From a virus, in the IMG/VR virus record IMGVR_UViG_3300017716_002841, positions 32,001-96,000 of that record: a stretch of 64,000 bases of DNA. The stretch is one strand, 5' to 3'. Below are positions 50,043 through 59,853 of the stretch, piece after piece (the stretch's first letter is position 1; every line of letters begins with the position of its first letter). The notes beneath the pieces were generated by a model. It was not told where the DNA came from. It worked only from the letters and a program-made list of their open reading frames with translations, and did not search any database. Position numbers and translations under genes: made by a program.

Positions 50043-50066
50043 TATCTATAATAAGGTTAATATAAT
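50039..50066 (+). promoter_or_regulatory. Sigma70-like promoter for gp55 (representative of many)
   Basis: TTGATA-16-TATAAT, 6 nt before ATG. Similar sites at 40367, 48164, 54577, 57449, 57902 and upstream of 23141, 24737, 38103, 39580 on minus. Confidence 0.75.
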
Positions 50067-50072
50067 GTTTAT

Positions 50073-50510
50073 ATGTCCAAAGCTGAATATTATATAAGTC
50101 CGAAGGAATTTAAAGAATCTTTAAAAAGATTCTATGATTCTGATATACTTACCGATGATTTAGCGGAGAATGTAAAAAAAATCGCGTACGGATTAAGCTA
50201 TAATAGTAATTTTATTAACTATACCTATAAAGATGACATGATAGGTGACGCTCTTATAAAGATGTATTCAGCTTTATCACGTAAAAAATATAGTTTTGAT
50301 ACAGAGTCTAATCCCTTTTCATACTTTACAACAATCGCCTTTAATGCTTTTATTAATCGTATTAAAAAAGAAAAAAGACATCATGAAGCTGAAAGAAGCT
50401 ATAAAGAAAAGGTATATGAGGATATTATGACAGATCCGGAACATGGTGGAGGCTATATCTATATTAAACCTATTTATGATGAAGATGGTGAATCATATGA
50501 TCAAGATTAA
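50073..50510 (+). CDS. gp55: Late-transcription sigma factor, gp55-like
   Basis: NFINYTYKDDMIGDA, NPFSYFTTIAFNAFINRIKKEK. Confidence 0.92.
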   Translation: MSKAEYYISPKEFKESLKRFYDSDILTDDLAENVKKIAYGLSYNSNFINYTYKDDMIGDALIKMYSALSRKKYSFDTESNPFSYFTTIAFNAFINRIKKEKRHHEAERSYKEKVYEDIMTDPEHGGGYIYIKPIYDEDGESYDQD

Positions 50511-51546
50511 TAAACCTAAAATAGGTATTATATCGGACTTACACCTAGGTGTACATACAAACAGCGTACAATGGCATGATATAGCTGTTGAATGGGCAAC
50601 TTGGCTAGCTAACGAATTTAAACAACAGCATATAAAAGATATTATATTTTGTGGAGATTGGCACCACAATCGAAGTGAAATATCAGTTAACACTCTACAA
50701 ATTTCAGCAGACATATTAGATATATTTAAAGATTTTAATCTAATAGCTATTACAGGTAATCATGACGTTTATTACAAACACAGAACGGATGTAAACTCTC
50801 TATCTATCTTTAAAACGCGTGATAATGTAACTATTTACGATAAGGTCGTCACATTTACAGCGTTCGATCGAACTATAACACTATGCCCGTGGAATACTAA
50901 TATTAATAGTATACCTAAAAGTGATGTTATTTTCGGTCATTTCGAAATTGAAACATTTAAAATGAACGCATATAAAGTATGTGAGGAAGGAATGCGTATA
51001 AAAGATCTACTTCAGCGTAGTAATTTGATTATATCAGGTCACTTCCATATGAGACATGAAAAAAAGTTTGGAGCAGGTACAATACTTTATGTAGGTAACC
51101 CCTATCAAATGGACTTTGGTGATGCCGGCAATTATAAAGGCTATTATATATTGGATTTAGATACTCTAGAATATGAATTTAAAGAAAATCTAATTTCTCC
51201 GCACTATATTAAGATAAATCTTAGTGAGTTAGTGAGATATGAGACGATAACTCCTGAATTACGTGAGTTATTTGCAAATAATATTATTAAATTAAAAATT
51301 GACCGTCATATATCTCAAGAAGATCAGATTGTTTTAACAACCAAGCTTAATCAGTTACGACCTCAGAATTTATATATTGATTATGATATTGCCTGTAGTA
51401 ATACTAGTAGTGATGGTAAAGAAAAAGACCTTTCTGGTATAGATATATCAGAGGCCATCGAGGAATTTGTTAACCTACTTGAGGTAGAAAATAAAAAAGA
51501 CGTACTGAGCTATACTATCGAATTATATAACAAGTGTATTTTATGA
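50497..51546 (+). CDS. gp47: Recombination nuclease gp47 (Mre11/SbcD-like)
   Basis: SDLHLG, CGDW, GNHD, GHFE, SGHFH, YVGNPYQ. Confidence 0.93.
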   Translation: MIKINKPKIGIISDLHLGVHTNSVQWHDIAVEWATWLANEFKQQHIKDIIFCGDWHHNRSEISVNTLQISADILDIFKDFNLIAITGNHDVYYKHRTDVNSLSIFKTRDNVTIYDKVVTFTAFDRTITLCPWNTNINSIPKSDVIFGHFEIETFKMNAYKVCEEGMRIKDLLQRSNLIISGHFHMRHEKKFGAGTILYVGNPYQMDFGDAGNYKGYYILDLDTLEYEFKENLISPHYIKINLSELVRYETITPELRELFANNIIKLKIDRHISQEDQIVLTTKLNQLRPQNLYIDYDIACSNTSSDGKEKDLSGIDISEAIEEFVNLLEVENKKDVLSYTIELYNKCIL

Positions 51547-53351
51547 AAACCGTTAATTTTACAAAAATCGCTATTCAAAATTTTCTCTCTGTTGGTGAAG
51601 AGCCTGTGATTGTGAGATTCAAGCGTGGACTACATGTTATTACAGGTAGAAACATAGATAAACCTGAAAGAAAGAATGCAGTTGGTAAATCTACTATAGC
51701 AGATGCACTATATTTTGCTATATTTGGGGAAACGTTACGCGAAATTAAAAAAGAGCTTATCATTAATAACATTACTGGTGGCAAGACCCAAGTTGAGCTT
51801 GAGTTTGAAGTAGATTCACCACGTGGAAATAATAAGTTTCAAATTATACGTACTCTCACACCTACAAAGGTGTATGTCTATAAGGATGGTGTCGATAAAA
51901 CACGTGATAGTATAGCTAACACAACGAAATATATATGCGAAGTGCTAAGCGCATCTCCCGCAGTTTTTCAAAACTGCGTTATTATGACAGTTAACAACGC
52001 AGTACCATTTATGGCTAAGAATAAAACGGAAAAGCGACGTTTTATTGAGGATATATTTGGTATGGAGGTGTTTAGCAGGATGATTTCCATACTTAGATCA
52101 GAATATAACGACATTAAGAAAGAATTTGATATACAGAATACTAAGTTAGACGAAGTAACAACATCTTTAACAAGTTATAATTTACAGAAAACGCGTAGTA
52201 TTGATAGGAAGCAAGAAAAACATAAGCTATATCTTGAACGACAGCTTAATAATAGTCAAGAAATTAATGAACTAGTAGAAAAAATTAATAAGATGCCAGA
52301 TAGTGCTATGGTTGACAAGTTCAAACAACAAATATCTGAACTGGATAATAAGTTATTCACATGTGAGGATAACTTGACTTTACTTATTGAAGAGAGTACT
52401 ACCCAAAAAGCTGTACTTAATCATAAAAAGGAACACTATAGCAATATTGGTACTAGTGAATCGAAGTGTCCAGTGTGCTTGCGATCTATTCAAGAACATG
52501 ATAAGAAGACAATTGAATTAGAAAAAAATATTATTAAGAATGATATTATTCAAATCGCAACAAGTCTTAAGACAATACTATCTAGTATTCAAGAATCAAA
52601 AGATCATAAAGAAAAAATTAAAGGTCTTATACGACATACAACAAAATTACTTAATAATGCCAACTTACAGCTACAATCAAAGAAAAATCTTCAAGACAAT
52701 ATTGATAAACTAACAATGTGGCAGTCTGAGCTTGAAGTTGATATTGAATCTCTTAATAATGATGTAAGTGAATTTGATAATTTAATTATTTCTACAGAAA
52801 GTAGAAATAAAGAACTTAATAATACTGTTGCTAGTATATCCAAACAACTTAGTAAGCTTGATATTGTTAAGTTTATTGTGTCTGAAGAGGGAGTAAAGTC
52901 ATATATTGTAAATAGGCTACTTGAACTTCTTAATAATAAGCTATATTTTTATCTTAAAAAGCTAGATTCAAACTCTACTTGCGTTTTTAATGAATATTTT
53001 GAAGAGGAAATTGTAAATGACAAGAATAAAATTTGTTCTTATTTTAATTTTTCAGGTGCAGAGCGTAAATCTATAGATCTTGCGTGTTTATTTGCTTTTT
53101 CAGATATTAGACGTTTACAAGGTGGTGTTAGTTATAATATCGCTATATATGACGAGCTATTTGACTCATCATTTGATGATAAAGGTATAGAACTCATTAC
53201 AGAAATACTCCGCGAACGTGTAGAATCTCTGGATGAGTGTACTATTGTTATTTCACATAGAAAAGAATCACTAAAAGCTGTAACAGGTGACATTATCTTT
53301 CTCGAGAAGGAAAATGGTATAACAAGACGAGTAGAATATTCAGAAGATTAA
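51543..53351 (+). CDS. gp46: Recombination ATPase gp46 (Rad50/SbcC-like)
   Basis: NFLSVG, NAVGKST, CPVC zinc hook, FSGAE, DELFD, ISH. Confidence 0.95.
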   Translation: MKTVNFTKIAIQNFLSVGEEPVIVRFKRGLHVITGRNIDKPERKNAVGKSTIADALYFAIFGETLREIKKELIINNITGGKTQVELEFEVDSPRGNNKFQIIRTLTPTKVYVYKDGVDKTRDSIANTTKYICEVLSASPAVFQNCVIMTVNNAVPFMAKNKTEKRRFIEDIFGMEVFSRMISILRSEYNDIKKEFDIQNTKLDEVTTSLTSYNLQKTRSIDRKQEKHKLYLERQLNNSQEINELVEKINKMPDSAMVDKFKQQISELDNKLFTCEDNLTLLIEESTTQKAVLNHKKEHYSNIGTSESKCPVCLRSIQEHDKKTIELEKNIIKNDIIQIATSLKTILSSIQESKDHKEKIKGLIRHTTKLLNNANLQLQSKKNLQDNIDKLTMWQSELEVDIESLNNDVSEFDNLIISTESRNKELNNTVASISKQLSKLDIVKFIVSEEGVKSYIVNRLLELLNNKLYFYLKKLDSNSTCVFNEYFEEEIVNDKNKICSYFNFSGAERKSIDLACLFAFSDIRRLQGGVSYNIAIYDELFDSSFDDKGIELITEILRERVESLDECTIVISHRKESLKAVTGDIIFLEKENGITRRVEYSED

Positions 53352-53366
53352 TGTAAATACAATCAG

Positions 53367-54575
53367 ATGTACGTTACACCCTTTGTTAATCCGTTTGTAA
53401 GCGCTATAGTTCAACCTATTGTTAATAATATTATAACTCCTGCCGCAAAAAATACACAGCCTAGAGAGCTATCACTGCCGCGTTATGTTAATTATATCGC
53501 TGATTATTCGGGTTGTGGTTTTTGGAGAATTTTATGGCCAGAAGTTCTTATTAACTCACGCGGAATAGGCTGCTCATCATCTTTAACGGCGATGGTATTT
53601 GATCCGCGGTGGTATGCCGGTGTAGCGTGTGTTAAGGTTCAACGACAAGCATCTAGTGATCAACGTGAATTTATTAAGCACTTAAAACAAGTTCAAAAAG
53701 AACATGGCTTTAAGCTTATATATGAAGTTGATGATGTTGTTTTTAGGGAAGATATACCCGATTATAATAAATTTAAATTTGCGTTTGATAATGATGAAAT
53801 TCGGAATAATTGCATAGAAATTATTAATATGTGTGATGAGGTTCTTGTAACTTGCGATTACATGCGAAAGTTATATCAACAAAGAACAGGTAAAAAGGAA
53901 ATTACCGTAATTCCTAACTTTGTACCTTATACATGGATGGGTCATCAGTTTGATAGAAGTAAAATTTACGCAAATTATGATAAAAACAAAAAAAAGCCAC
54001 GTGTACTGTATACAGGTTCTGGAGCTCATTTTGATGTAGATAATAAAAATAATGGAGTTGATGATTTTTCTCATGTAATTGATCTAGTCTTAAGAACACT
54101 ACAAAAATATCAATGGATATTTGTAGGTTCTTTTCCACCTAAATTGCTACCGTATATTCAATCCGGCGAAATAGAGTTCCATCAATGGCAGACACTTGAT
54201 ACATATGCAACTTTTATCGCCGACCTTAATGCTCAAGTAATGATCGCACCTCTTATAGATAATAGTTTTAATAGATCTAAATCTGATATTAAGTTTATTG
54301 AAGCGTGTGTATTAGGATTACCGTGCATGGTACAAAATATGGAGACATATAAAAATGCTCCTGAATACCTTAAATTTGATACAGGTGATGATCTTGAAAT
54401 AAAGCTCGATAATGTACTTCGTAACAAATCAATGTACTATAAAAATGTTGATTTTTATAGGGGTATAGGTGAGAAGAGATTCTTAGAGCATCCTGAAAAT
54501 ATTGGATGTCATATTGAAGCTCTTAACACTCCATATGGATCTCCTCAACGTGTTTATCTTAAGAAGTGGAATTAA
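53367..54575 (+). CDS. GT-B glycosyltransferase within the replication module
   Basis: ADYSGCGFWR, YEVDD, VIPN, IAPL..FNRSKSDIKFIEA..G.P. Confidence 0.8.
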   Translation: MYVTPFVNPFVSAIVQPIVNNIITPAAKNTQPRELSLPRYVNYIADYSGCGFWRILWPEVLINSRGIGCSSSLTAMVFDPRWYAGVACVKVQRQASSDQREFIKHLKQVQKEHGFKLIYEVDDVVFREDIPDYNKFKFAFDNDEIRNNCIEIINMCDEVLVTCDYMRKLYQQRTGKKEITVIPNFVPYTWMGHQFDRSKIYANYDKNKKKPRVLYTGSGAHFDVDNKNNGVDDFSHVIDLVLRTLQKYQWIFVGSFPPKLLPYIQSGEIEFHQWQTLDTYATFIADLNAQVMIAPLIDNSFNRSKSDIKFIEACVLGLPCMVQNMETYKNAPEYLKFDTGDDLEIKLDNVLRNKSMYYKNVDFYRGIGEKRFLEHPENIGCHIEALNTPYGSPQRVYLKKWN

Positions 54576-54612
54576 GTTGAAAACTAAGCGTTAAGATCTA
54601 TAATAATTATAG

Positions 54613-57180
54613 ATGTACCGAAACGCCATTTATAATAGTCGCGAACAAGCAATTAACCTTTTTACGTGGAACGAAGAGGGTGAGCGTGTTAGGCATAAGG
54701 TAACTTATAATCCCTATCTATATATAGAAGATATTAAAGGGGATAAAACGACTATCTACCGTACTAAGGCTAGAAAGAAAGTATTCAGCAATACGTACGA
54801 GCGTAATAAGTTTGTTAAAGAGTCGGGAGTTAAGAGACTATATGAGAATATACCAGCTTCGCAGCAATATTTACTCGATACTTTTTGGACAGAAAATGAA
54901 AAACCCGAATTCACACAACATCCACTAAAGGTTACGTTTATCGACATCGAAACATACTCACCGGATTGCTTTCCAGACATCGAAGATCCTAATCACACCG
55001 TTAACGTCATAACATGTTACGATAGTTTTAGTAAGCAGTTTCACACCTTCGGTCTTAAGCCGTACACAGGACAGAATAAAAGCATACAATATTATTATTG
55101 TGAGAATGAACGAGAATTATTTATTAAGTTCTTAGATTATCTAGCAGACGATTATCCTGACGTACTGAGTGGTTGGAATTCGGAATTTTTTGATATTCCT
55201 TATATTATTGCTAGATGTGAACGTATTTTAGGTCCAGAATATGTAGCTAAGCTATCACCATTAAGCAATGTACACTTTCGGATGATAAAAGGAAAGTTCG
55301 GTAGAGATCAAAAACGCTTCTATATTGATGGTATGTCTAGTATCGATTACTTAGATATATATCGACGTTTCTGCTTAAAATTAAGAGAGTCTTATAAACT
55401 TGATGCTATTGCAGAAGTAGAGCTTGGTGAACGAAAGATTGATTATGGTGATATGAATCTAGTTACACTAGCAGATACAGATTGGAATCTATTTGTTGAC
55501 TATAACATTCAAGACGTTAATCTACTAGTTAAGATGGAAGAGAAATTACAATATATTTCTCTGTTGAGAATGCTTGCTTATGTAGGGTTAACTACCATGG
55601 AGGGTGCTATGGGTACAATCTCAGTTATTAACGGTGCATTAACTATTAGAGCTCGTAATAGAGGTGAAATTATATCTACTTTTATTAGACCGGATGCAGC
55701 AGGGAAAAATCCCGGAGCGTATGTTTCTGAACCTAAAAGCGGATTTCAGAATAATATTGTATCATTTGATGCTAACTCTCTATATCCTAACGTTATGATT
55801 GCTCTCAATCTATCACCTGAAACTAAAATAGGTCGATTAGAAAAAATGCATAATGGTATGATCAATATATATCATGTATCTGGTAAATGTTTCGAACTTA
55901 CACCTGAAAAATTTGCTAAGTATATTGAACTAGAACAATGCTCTGTAACTAAAGCTGGATTTTTGTTTACGCAGAAAAAGCAAGGTATTATTCCTGAGTT
56001 TCTCGACTACTACTACAAAGAACGTGTTGTAGTAAAAGACTTACTGTTTAAAGCAAAACAAAAATTACAAGTACTTAGTAAGACAGATAAAGATTATCAA
56101 AAGTTACAGTTTGAAGTAGAAAGACTTAATACTAAGCAAATGGTTATTAAAATTCTTTGTAACTCTTGTTACGGTTATATGGGTAATAAGCAAGCACCAA
56201 TCGGAGATGATGATATTGCATCTTCTGTTACATTAACAGGTCAAGCTGTTATTAAGCAAGCAGGTAAACTCCTACAGCAATATTTAACAAACAACTTTAA
56301 TATTACCGATACAGCTGTATTAGATAATAGTTGGGTGTATTCTGATACAGATAGCTGTTATTTCTCGTTGGAATGTATTGAAGATAGGGTACCTATTAAA
56401 AGAGACGGTGTTATTAATGTAGATTTTTATAAGGAGGTTGAGAACATCGAGAATTATCTCAATACAGAAATTACAAGTTGGGCTATTAAGGCTTTACGAA
56501 CGAATGATAGTAGGTTTGTGTTTAAACGAGAATGTATTAGTGATGTAGGTGTATTTTTACAGAAAAAACGATATGTTATGCATATTCTTGATGATGAGGG
56601 TATAAAGGTAGACAAGTTCAAGTATACAGGTGTCGAAGTTGTACGTACGACAATGCCAAACGCTATTAAACCATATGCTAAAAAGATTATCGAGACAATG
56701 TTAACGACAAAATCATTAACAAACACTAATAATATTTTAACAGAAACATATAACACATTTAAAACCCTAACACCAGAAGATATTGCATTTGTTATGGGTG
56801 TTAAGGGATATGATAAATACGCACCTCTTTGTAGAGAATTTAGTATTGCAAAAGGAATGCCTATTCACGTAAAGGCTGCGTATTTACACAATGTAATTAA
56901 TAGAAAGCTAGGAATTGAAAACAAATACGAAGATATTAAATCGGGCGATAAGACAAGATATGTATATGTACAAACACCCAACAAATACGGTATTGAGGTT
57001 ATAGGCTTTAAACATAATTTACCTGAAGAGTTTAAAGCCTTATTTAAAATCGATTATGAACTAATGTTTGAAAAGATTTTATTCAATTCTATCGAACGGT
57101 TTTACAACGGTGTAAACTGGCAGATTAGAAAACCATCTGAAAACGTTCGAATTGAACTAGGCACTCTTTTTGGATTTTAA
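54613..57180 (+). CDS. gp43: Family B DNA polymerase, gp43-like
   Basis: DIET, GWNSEFFD, YNIQD, FDANSLYP, KILCNSCYG, YSDTDS, KKRY. Confidence 0.98.
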   Translation: MYRNAIYNSREQAINLFTWNEEGERVRHKVTYNPYLYIEDIKGDKTTIYRTKARKKVFSNTYERNKFVKESGVKRLYENIPASQQYLLDTFWTENEKPEFTQHPLKVTFIDIETYSPDCFPDIEDPNHTVNVITCYDSFSKQFHTFGLKPYTGQNKSIQYYYCENERELFIKFLDYLADDYPDVLSGWNSEFFDIPYIIARCERILGPEYVAKLSPLSNVHFRMIKGKFGRDQKRFYIDGMSSIDYLDIYRRFCLKLRESYKLDAIAEVELGERKIDYGDMNLVTLADTDWNLFVDYNIQDVNLLVKMEEKLQYISLLRMLAYVGLTTMEGAMGTISVINGALTIRARNRGEIISTFIRPDAAGKNPGAYVSEPKSGFQNNIVSFDANSLYPNVMIALNLSPETKIGRLEKMHNGMINIYHVSGKCFELTPEKFAKYIELEQCSVTKAGFLFTQKKQGIIPEFLDYYYKERVVVKDLLFKAKQKLQVLSKTDKDYQKLQFEVERLNTKQMVIKILCNSCYGYMGNKQAPIGDDDIASSVTLTGQAVIKQAGKLLQQYLTNNFNITDTAVLDNSWVYSDTDSCYFSLECIEDRVPIKRDGVINVDFYKEVENIENYLNTEITSWAIKALRTNDSRFVFKRECISDVGVFLQKKRYVMHILDDEGIKVDKFKYTGVEVVRTTMPNAIKPYAKKIIETMLTTKSLTNTNNILTETYNTFKTLTPEDIAFVMGVKGYDKYAPLCREFSIAKGMPIHVKAAYLHNVINRKLGIENKYEDIKSGDKTRYVYVQTPNKYGIEVIGFKHNLPEEFKALFKIDYELMFEKILFNSIERFYNGVNWQIRKPSENVRIELGTLFGF

Positions 57181-57216
57181 GTTGCAATAAACCCCTACAC
57201 TAATACATATTAATAT

Positions 57217-57465
57217 ATGTCATATTTAGATACACCAGGACTTGATAATACACCACGTGCACATCCAGCCTTTTGGCGTGGTAAAGCAGCTGGATTAGGA
57301 GAGGTTTTAAAGATCGTTTCAGATATTATGCTCGGCAAGGATAACGGCTCAGGTATTAATAAGCATAATGATATTGAGAATATGCGACGTGCTCTCCTAC
57401 TCTGGAGAGAACGCGTTGAAGAAAAGAATCAAACGACAGAGAAACAGGTTGAAAAAGTCAAATAA
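57217..57465 (+). CDS. Hypothetical protein
   Basis: 82-aa ORF with AHPAFWRG; own promoter-like upstream region. Confidence 0.6.
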   Translation: MSYLDTPGLDNTPRAHPAFWRGKAAGLGEVLKIVSDIMLGKDNGSGINKHNDIENMRRALLLWRERVEEKNQTTEKQVEKVK

Positions 57466-57484
57466 TAATATATAATAATTTATC

Positions 57485-57835
57485 ATGAGTAACATTAAAG
57501 CTATTATCGATCATATTGGACGTACAGTTATTGGAGATGTCGTTTCTGAAACAGAATCAACATTAACAATGAATAACCCTGTTATTATTCACGTTCAACC
57601 AAATCAAGAAACTGGACAACTTCAAGTTCAATCCTTCCCATATATTTTTATTGAGTTTCTGACACCAGAGTCTAAAGAAAAAAATCATTGGACATTTAAT
57701 CGTTCAAGTATTGTTCAATCCGAAGTCAAGCTCGACAGTAAAATTATTCAACAATATAATGGTATCAATACACCAGCTTTACAACAAGCTACATCAGGTG
57801 ATCCGGAGGTAATCCGTCTTTTTGACGAAGATTGA
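57485..57835 (+). CDS. Hypothetical protein (possibly Sm-like)
   Basis: GRTVIG..LTMNNP pattern; TTGAAA-16-TATAAT upstream. Confidence 0.55.
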   Translation: MSNIKAIIDHIGRTVIGDVVSETESTLTMNNPVIIHVQPNQETGQLQVQSFPYIFIEFLTPESKEKNHWTFNRSSIVQSEVKLDSKIIQQYNGINTPALQQATSGDPEVIRLFDED

Positions 57836-57852
57836 TTAAATAAATTTAGCAG

Positions 57853-57898
57853 ACCCTCGGCGCCTCTGATATAAGCGTAATTCCGAGGGTATTTTTTT
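57853..57898 (+). terminator. Terminator-like hairpin with complex loop
   Basis: ACCCTCGG...CCGAGGGT followed by ATTTTTTT. Confidence 0.65.
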
Positions 57899-57935
57899 GT
57901 CTTGATTTTTAGAGTAGAGTATCCATAATATCTAT

Positions 57936-59039
57936 ATGGATAAAGACGTTAAAAGTGCATTGGATAGTATTGATGAAGTTAACCCGTTTGCTACTTATCT
58001 CTCAGATAGTACTCTAAGTAGAGTAGATAGCTGGATTGATACAGGTAGTTATGTACTTAACGCAATTGTTTCTGGCTCCGTTTACGGTGGTATTCCAAAA
58101 GGCCGTGTGGTCATGCTTGCAGGAGAATCCATGACAGGTAAATCGCTGTTTGTACAGAAGATTCTCGCTAATGCTCAGAAAGAAGGACTTATTCCTGTTA
58201 TTTTTGATACAGAAAATGCTATTGATGCAGAAGGTGCTACCCGTATTGGTCTAGATGTATCTAAAGTCAAGTACGTACCTTGTGTTAGTATTGAACAAAC
58301 GCGAAATGCCTTATATAAGTTCTTAACTTCAGTTCAAGAAAAGAAACTACAAGGTAAGTTTATTATAGCTATTGATTCACTTGGTAATTTACAATCCGAA
58401 CTTGAACATTCACGCATGGGTAAGGAAAGTACAAGTTCAGATATGGGATCTAAGGCACGTGCAATGAAGACATTGCTACAAACGTGTACTAACTTGGGAT
58501 CAGTAACTCAAACAACAATTTTACTTACTAATCATGTTTATGATGATCCTACAGCATTGTTTCCATCAATTGAAAAGAATATGCCAGGCGGCAAAGCGTG
58601 TGTATATCTTCCATCAGTTACAGTTCAACTAGCTCGTAAGCCCGTTAAGGACGATGGTGGTAAAACAACAGATACTAAACTTGCTGTTGGACAGAAAAAC
58701 TACTCTGGTATTATTATTAGAGCCCTAACTCGTAAGAATCGCTTTATTAAGCAATATCTTGAAGGTGAAATGTTCTTATCGTTCTCTACGGGCCTCGATA
58801 GATACTACGGACTACTCGATCTTGCAGTCGGTCACGGTATTGTTATTCAAGGCGGTGCTACTTATACACTCGAAGATGGTACTAAGTTAGGATATTATCG
58901 TAACTGGCGTAAGGATACTAAGCTCTGGGAAGAAACTATTATTCCTAAGCTTGAGTTGAAGATTAAAAAGGAGTGGTCATACTCTAATGATGAATCAGAA
59001 GCACCAGAAGAAATAATTGAAACAGAAGATCATGAATAA
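57936..59039 (+). CDS. uvsX: RecA-like recombinase UvsX
   Basis: DTGSYVLN, AGESMTGKS, FDTENA, IDSLG, DMG..A, NHVY, GG. Confidence 0.95.
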   Translation: MDKDVKSALDSIDEVNPFATYLSDSTLSRVDSWIDTGSYVLNAIVSGSVYGGIPKGRVVMLAGESMTGKSLFVQKILANAQKEGLIPVIFDTENAIDAEGATRIGLDVSKVKYVPCVSIEQTRNALYKFLTSVQEKKLQGKFIIAIDSLGNLQSELEHSRMGKESTSSDMGSKARAMKTLLQTCTNLGSVTQTTILLTNHVYDDPTALFPSIEKNMPGGKACVYLPSVTVQLARKPVKDDGGKTTDTKLAVGQKNYSGIIIRALTRKNRFIKQYLEGEMFLSFSTGLDRYYGLLDLAVGHGIVIQGGATYTLEDGTKLGYYRNWRKDTKLWEETIIPKLELKIKKEWSYSNDESEAPEEIIETEDHE

Positions 59040-59853
59040 AGAACTAAATATATCAGAAATTCTCACCAACTATGAGAAATCAATTGGTTATGTAGCGCCT
59101 AAACCACCAGAAAAGCTAGTTTTAGCATTTTCTGGCGGAATGGATTCAACATTACTTTTACACATTGCTGCTGCTGGTGGTGTAAAGGAAATTCATACTG
59201 TAACATTTGACTACGGTCAAAGACATAGTAGAGAATTAGAATGTATGGGTGTTCAGTATCAACTTATAAAGGAAAAATATCCTAATGTTACTGTAACAAA
59301 TAAGATTCTCGATGTATCATACCTAAAAGATATCTCACCTACTTCATCTCTTACTAATGATGAGATTGATAACCCAGATATTAGTAAAATTGCAGGTGAT
59401 GCGCAACCTGTATCATATGTACCGTTTAGAAATCAGATGTTTGTTACGATCTGCTGTGCTTATGCAGAAAGTCTCAAAGCAGATGAAGTGTGGTATGGTG
59501 CAGCACAAGTCGATTCTCTAGCCGGTTACTGGGACGGAGATTTTTCATTCGTTGACAAGATGAATGAACTAATATCACTTAACAGACAACATAGAATCCG
59601 CGTGGGAGCTCCATTGCTCTCCCTGTCAAAGGCTGATATCGTAAGGCAGGGTGTAGAATTAGGAGTAAACTTCGGAGACACATGGACATGCTATTCAAAT
59701 CGCGAAGATAGACTAGCTGATGCTACCACACCTTCTAGTAGTTTAAGATTAGCCGGCTTTATTGAAGCCGGCTACATTGACCCTATTAGATACTTACAAC
59801 AGGAAAAACTTAATAGGATTTATGAAGCTAAAGGATGTAATTACATACCGTAA
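59032..59853 (+). CDS. queC: 7-cyano-7-deazaguanine synthase (atypical C-terminal Zn site)
   Basis: SGGMDS, FDYGQRH, YVPFRN, APL..LSKADIV, TWTCY. Confidence 0.9.
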   Translation: MNKELNISEILTNYEKSIGYVAPKPPEKLVLAFSGGMDSTLLLHIAAAGGVKEIHTVTFDYGQRHSRELECMGVQYQLIKEKYPNVTVTNKILDVSYLKDISPTSSLTNDEIDNPDISKIAGDAQPVSYVPFRNQMFVTICCAYAESLKADEVWYGAAQVDSLAGYWDGDFSFVDKMNELISLNRQHRIRVGAPLLSLSKADIVRQGVELGVNFGDTWTCYSNREDRLADATTPSSSLRLAGFIEAGYIDPIRYLQQEKLNRIYEAKGCNYIP

